Source of the DNA: Candidatus Deferrimicrobiaceae bacterium
Lineage (GTDB): Bacteria; Desulfobacterota; Deferrimicrobia; Deferrimicrobiales; Deferrimicrobiaceae
Length of the DNA: 64,000 nt
Assembly (NCBI GenBank): GCA_963792415.1
Contig: CAWBVY010000001.1
Location: 224,001 to 288,000, forward strand
Direction: 5' to 3'
Part shown: positions 58,850-64,000 of the stretch, in pieces
Layout of the letters: each line of letters starts with the position of its first letter
Numbering within the stretch: the first letter of the stretch is position 1
Made by a program: the position numbers and the translations under genes
Notes under the pieces: generated by a model
What the model saw: only the letters and a program-made list of their open reading frames with translations
Databases searched by the model: none
What the model was told of the DNA's origin: nothing

Positions 58850-60982
58850 TCAGGCTCCTGCCGCCGACGCGCGGAGCAGGTTTCTCCTGCGGATCCACTG
58901 GCTTCCGATCGCCACGGTTCCGAGCCCCAGCCCGACGGAGTCCGTGAGCCACCCGGGAACGATGAGACAGAGCGCGGCCGCGACGAAGACGGCGCGCTCG
59001 TAATGTTTCGCCTGGGTCACGAAGTACCCGATCGACCCCGCCCCCAGGAAGACGATCCCCACGACGGCGGTCAGCGTGATCTCGATCGCGCCGATCGTGG
59101 TCGTGTTGAGGAGAAGAAGCGAGTTGTCGTAGACGAAGATGAAGGGAACCAGGAAGCCGGCCAAGGCCAGTCGGAACGCGATGAGCCCGGTCTTCGTGGG
59201 ATCCGCCTTCGCGATCCCGGCGGCGGCGAAGGCCGCCAGCGCGACCGGGGGGGTGAGATCGGCGAGCAACCCGTAGTAGAAGACGAACATGTGCGACACC
59301 AGGGGAGGCACGGCGAACATCGCGAGCGCGGGCGCGGCCATCGTGGAGGTGATGATGTAGTTCGGGATCGTGGGGACGCCCATCCCCAGGACCAGCGAAG
59401 CCAGCATCGTGAAGCAGAGGGTAAGGAACAGCTTCCCGTGCGCCAGCGAGGTGATGGCGCCGGAGAGCTTGACGCCGAACCCGGTCATGGTCGCCACTCC
59501 CACGACGATCCCGATCACGGCGCAGGCGATCGCCACCCCGAGCGCGCTCCGGGCGCCGTTGTGGAGGCTCCGGATCAGTTCGACCAGGGTTTTCCGGGTT
59601 TCGGGCCGGAACAGACAGAGGGCGATCAGGAACCCGTGGAGGGCCAGGACCCCGGGCAGGTTGTACCGGTAGATCAGGATCCCGCCCGCCGCCACCGCCG
59701 CCGCGGTCAGCCCGCGGAACGCGGCGCCTTTGTGGACCTCCACCAGCTTCCGGACCATGATCAGGGCGACGGCGAGGACGATGCCGTAGAATCCCGCGAA
59801 CAGGGGGGTGTACCCCGCCAGGAGCAGGTAGATCAGCGCCGCCAGCGGGACCAGGAGGAACCACCCGTTCGCGATGACGCGGGAAAACTTCGGCAGGTCG
59901 GCCCGGGGCAGCCCTTTGAGCCCGGTCCTCCCGGCCTCGAAATGGACCATCACCGCCACTCCGAGAAAGTACAGGACGGCGGGGATCACGGCGGCCTTGC
60001 AGATCTCGATGTACGGAATCCCCAGGGTGTCCGACATGATGAAGGCCACGGCGCCCATGACCGGCGGCATGATCTGCCCCCCCATGGAGGCGGTCGCCTC
60101 GACGGCGCCGGCGAACTCCGCCCGGAATCCGGTCCGCTTCATGAGGGGGATGGTGAACGCGCCGGTGGTGACGACGTTGGCGATGGCCGACCCGTTCACC
60201 GTCCCCAGCAGGGCGCTCGAGAAGACGGCGACCTTCGCCGGCCCCCCTTTCGTGTGTCCCGCCAGGCACATCGCGAGATCGGAGAAGAAACCGATGATCC
60301 CCGCCTGCTCGAGGTAGGCCCCCAGCAGGATGAACAGGAAGATGTAGGTGGAGGAGACGCCGAGCGGGATTCCGAAGATCCCTTCCGTCGTCAGGTACAT
60401 GTACTCCGCGATCTCGTTGATCGCGTACCCCCGGTGCCCGAAGATTCCCGGCATGTGGGGGCCGAAGTACGCGTACAGCAGGAAGACGGCGGCGAGGATC
60501 CCCATCGGCAGGCCGACGACCCGCCGGCTGGCCTCCATGACGAGGAGGATGCAGGCGAAGGCCAGGGCCAGATCCGTCGTCGACGGGATTCCGGCGCGAA
60601 GGACGATCTGCTGGTAATCCCAGAAGATGTACAGACCGACCCCGGCACCCGCCACCGCCAGCGCGAGGTCAAAGAGCGGGACCCCTTCGGCCCGGGTCTT
60701 CCGCCCGGGCCGAAGGGGGAACAGCAGGAAGGCGAGCGACAGGATGAAGGCGAGGTGGATCGACCGCTGCACGTGGGCGTTGAGGAGCCCGAACCCCGCC
60801 GTGTAGACCTGGAAGAGGGACATCCCCACCGCGATGGCGAAGACGACCCACTTCCAGACCCCGCCCAGGTCCCGGAAGCGGAACTCCGGGTCGTACTTCG
60901 CGATCGTCCGCTCGATGTCGAGGTGATCGATTTCCGTGACCACCTCGAGGTCCCGGCGAACCTCTTCCCCGAACTCCGTCAT
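58850..60982 (-). CDS. TRAP transporter fused 4TM/12TM permease (TAXI type)
   Basis: GGPAKVAV, GSAIANV, EATASMGGQIMPPVMG, LGMGVPT, TPPVALAA. Confidence 0.94.
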   Translation of the reverse strand: MTEFGEEVRRDLEVVTEIDHLDIERTIAKYDPEFRFRDLGGVWKWVVFAIAVGMSLFQVYTAGFGLLNAHVQRSIHLAFILSLAFLLFPLRPGRKTRAEGVPLFDLALAVAGAGVGLYIFWDYQQIVLRAGIPSTTDLALAFACILLVMEASRRVVGLPMGILAAVFLLYAYFGPHMPGIFGHRGYAINEIAEYMYLTTEGIFGIPLGVSSTYIFLFILLGAYLEQAGIIGFFSDLAMCLAGHTKGGPAKVAVFSSALLGTVNGSAIANVVTTGAFTIPLMKRTGFRAEFAGAVEATASMGGQIMPPVMGAVAFIMSDTLGIPYIEICKAAVIPAVLYFLGVAVMVHFEAGRTGLKGLPRADLPKFSRVIANGWFLLVPLAALIYLLLAGYTPLFAGFYGIVLAVALIMVRKLVEVHKGAAFRGLTAAAVAAGGILIYRYNLPGVLALHGFLIALCLFRPETRKTLVELIRSLHNGARSALGVAIACAVIGIVVGVATMTGFGVKLSGAITSLAHGKLFLTLCFTMLASLVLGMGVPTIPNYIITSTMAAPALAMFAVPPLVSHMFVFYYGLLADLTPPVALAAFAAAGIAKADPTKTGLIAFRLALAGFLVPFIFVYDNSLLLLNTTTIGAIEITLTAVVGIVFLGAGSIGYFVTQAKHYERAVFVAAALCLIVPGWLTDSVGLGLGTVAIGSQWIRRRNLLRASAAGA

Positions 60983-61016
60983 TCGCCGCTCGACATCCCT
61001 CGCGGTCCGCGATCCG

Positions 61017-61979
61017 TTACTTTATCAGGCCCTTCTCCCGGTAATACCTCGCCGCCCCGGGGTGCAGCGGCACGGGCAACCCTTTCGTCGCGTTCTCCAG
61101 CTTGATCCCCTTCGCGGCCGCGTGCGCCTGCACGAGCCGGTCGAGGTTCTCGAACATGGCCTTCGTGATCTCGTACACGGTCTGCTCGTCCAGGTCCCCC
61201 CGTACGATCAGGAAGTTCGGGATGCCCACGCTCGACACGTCGTGGTCCTGCCCCTTGTAGGTCCCCTTCGGGATGACGGCGGGCACGAAGAAAGGGGTCT
61301 CCTTGTCCAGGACCTTCAGCAGTTCGCCCTCGATCGGGACGAGCGTGATGTCCTGGGACGTGGCGATGTCCATGATCCCGGGGTTGGGCAGGCCCGAGCT
61401 CATCAGGGTCACGTCGATCGCCCGGTTCTTCATCTGGTCGGCGCTCTCCGTGAAGCTCAGGTAGTCGGTCCGGCCGAAATCCCCGTAGGACATCCCGGCG
61501 GCCGTGAAGATCTGGCGCGCGTTGATCTCGGTGCCGGAGCCCGGCGCCCCGACGGAGACCTTCTTCCCTTTCAGGTCGGTGAGCTTCACGATCCCGGAAT
61601 CCTTGCGCGCCACGATCTGGATCGTGTTCGCGTAGATGTTCGCGAGGACCCGGAGGTTCGTCAGCGGCTTGGTGAAGCCGCCGAGCTTCTCCCCCTTGAA
61701 GCCGTACGACAGCGTGTCGCCCAGCACGAGGGCGATGTCGCTCTTCCCGTCGTTGACCATGATGCAGTTGACCTTCGACGCCGCCGTCACTTCCGCGGAG
61801 GCGTTGTACCCGACAAGCTTCTTGTTGATCACGTCGGCCAGCCCCGCGCCGATCGGGAAGTACGCGCCCCCGGTGCCGCCGGTGGCGATGGAGATGAATT
61901 TCGGCGCGGCCCACGCCGCGGTCGACAGAACCAGAACGCACGCGAGGGCGATCCCCAACACCGTCTTGAACCGCTTCAT
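61017..61979 (-). CDS. TAXI-family TRAP solute-binding protein
   Basis: signal peptide; IATGGTGGAYFP, GAPGSGTE, PLHPGA. Confidence 0.94.
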   Translation of the reverse strand: MKRFKTVLGIALACVLVLSTAAWAAPKFISIATGGTGGAYFPIGAGLADVINKKLVGYNASAEVTAASKVNCIMVNDGKSDIALVLGDTLSYGFKGEKLGGFTKPLTNLRVLANIYANTIQIVARKDSGIVKLTDLKGKKVSVGAPGSGTEINARQIFTAAGMSYGDFGRTDYLSFTESADQMKNRAIDVTLMSSGLPNPGIMDIATSQDITLVPIEGELLKVLDKETPFFVPAVIPKGTYKGQDHDVSSVGIPNFLIVRGDLDEQTVYEITKAMFENLDRLVQAHAAAKGIKLENATKGLPVPLHPGAARYYREKGLIK

Positions 61980-62458
61980 TGACAACCCCCTTTTTGTGTT
62001 TTTTCCTGCTCCACCCTTATCGCTACTACGCCTTCACCGAACACGGAATTCAGGTCGACGGCCCGCTCCCCCACGTGGAGGAGGTGCGGGGAAACGTCGG
62101 AAAGCCGCACCCGCAGATCGGCGACCGGAACCCGCCGCCCCTCGATGCGCATCTTCCCGTCCTCCAGCCGGAATACCTCCCCGTCGGCAAGCCGGTCCGG
62201 CAGCCCCGCGCCCGCGGATTCGAACGTCGACGCCGTGAGAAGAATCTCCCCGCCGGGTCCGACGGTGTACGTCTCGCGCCACTCCGTCCTCTCGACGGAG
62301 TGGACCCACGAGAGGTCGAAAACGTTGCAGGGGATCGGAAGGCGTACGCTCTTCCCGGCGCCGTCGATCCGGAGGGTGAACCCTCCGGCGAAGGAAGCGG
62401 CCGCCCACGCCATCGCCGCGATCCACAGGAATCCGGAAGCTGTCGTCTTGCGATTCAC
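61976..62458 (-). CDS. DUF1850-family protein (TAXI-associated)
   Basis: WVHSVERTEWRE, FESAGAGLP; start uncertain. Confidence 0.82.
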   Translation of the reverse strand: MNRKTTASGFLWIAAMAWAAASFAGGFTLRIDGAGKSVRLPIPCNVFDLSWVHSVERTEWRETYTVGPGGEILLTASTFESAGAGLPDRLADGEVFRLEDGKMRIEGRRVPVADLRVRLSDVSPHLLHVGERAVDLNSVFGEGVVAIRVEQEKTQKGGCQ

Positions 62459-62595
62459 CGCAACGATTTCCCGCCCCCGCCGCCACGCGGCGGCACGACG
62501 CATAATACACCATAGGAAACGTCGTTTCAAAAAGTTCGTCACGACCCTTCCCGGAGATTCGCGCTCCCAACCCCGGCACCTGCACACTGTATCCA

Positions 62596-62625
62596 TTGAC
62601 ATCGCCTCGGAGTTCGGCCTATTCT
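62596..62625 (+). promoter_or_regulatory. candidate sigma70 promoter of sdhCA
   Basis: TTGACA-18 bp-TATTCT, 66 bp upstream of sdhC. Confidence 0.55.
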
Positions 62626-62691
62626 TAGCGCATTCCGGCATCTTGTCGCGACCCGATAGGCAGCAGAAATCCACGAAAGAGGGAAGGGCGC

Positions 62692-63357
<666 letters not shown>

Positions 63358-63370
63358 GGGAGGAAACAAC

Positions 63371-64000
<630 letters not shown>

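Noticed and set aside
89-62238. Many long alternative-frame and antisense ORFs in the track (e.g. 89-2335 +, 32020-34212 +, 34854-37760 -, 42784-45177 +, 56333-58672 -)
   Set aside because: Arg/Gly/Pro-rich shadow ORFs expected at high GC; each overlaps a motif-supported gene.

Overview
High-GC, gene-dense bacterial chromosome segment. The gene set looks deltaproteobacterial/Desulfobacterota-like; that taxonomy is an inference. I found no rRNA, tRNA, CRISPR array or transposase. In order: ccsB-hemA-hemC; an alpha/beta-hydrolase lipoprotein + DUF3015 + DUF4105 envelope trio; YceI + type III PKS + UbiE-like methyltransferase; a peptidoglycan-recycling neighbourhood (Dpp/Opp-type ABC genes-nagZ, slt, TIM-barrel enzyme-amgK-murU, uppP); pgm/pmm; malic enzyme; an acyl-CoA-ligase homologue with degenerate motifs; AMMECR1, HD-GYP regulator, ychF, PIG-L; sigma54-driven amtB. 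Next is a translationally coupled acsB-acsD-acsC-acsV-core methionine synthase-cooC-DUF166 operon that lacks both CO dehydrogenase and AcsE. After it come an A+T-rich patch with a Crp/Fnr::gamma-glutamyltransferase chimera, a hybrid histidine kinase, a complete cbb3 oxidase locus with rearranged cytochrome c domains, adh, rlmD, a large NAD-glutamate dehydrogenase, a TAXI-TRAP transporter and sdhCA. The best candidate system is the acs operon, which reads as a self-contained, folate-independent route from the acetyl-CoA methyl group to methionine in an organism that also respires O2. Five genes carry single-base frameshifts in short base runs, probably sequencing errors. All calls come from motif recognition in the translations; no database searches were run.
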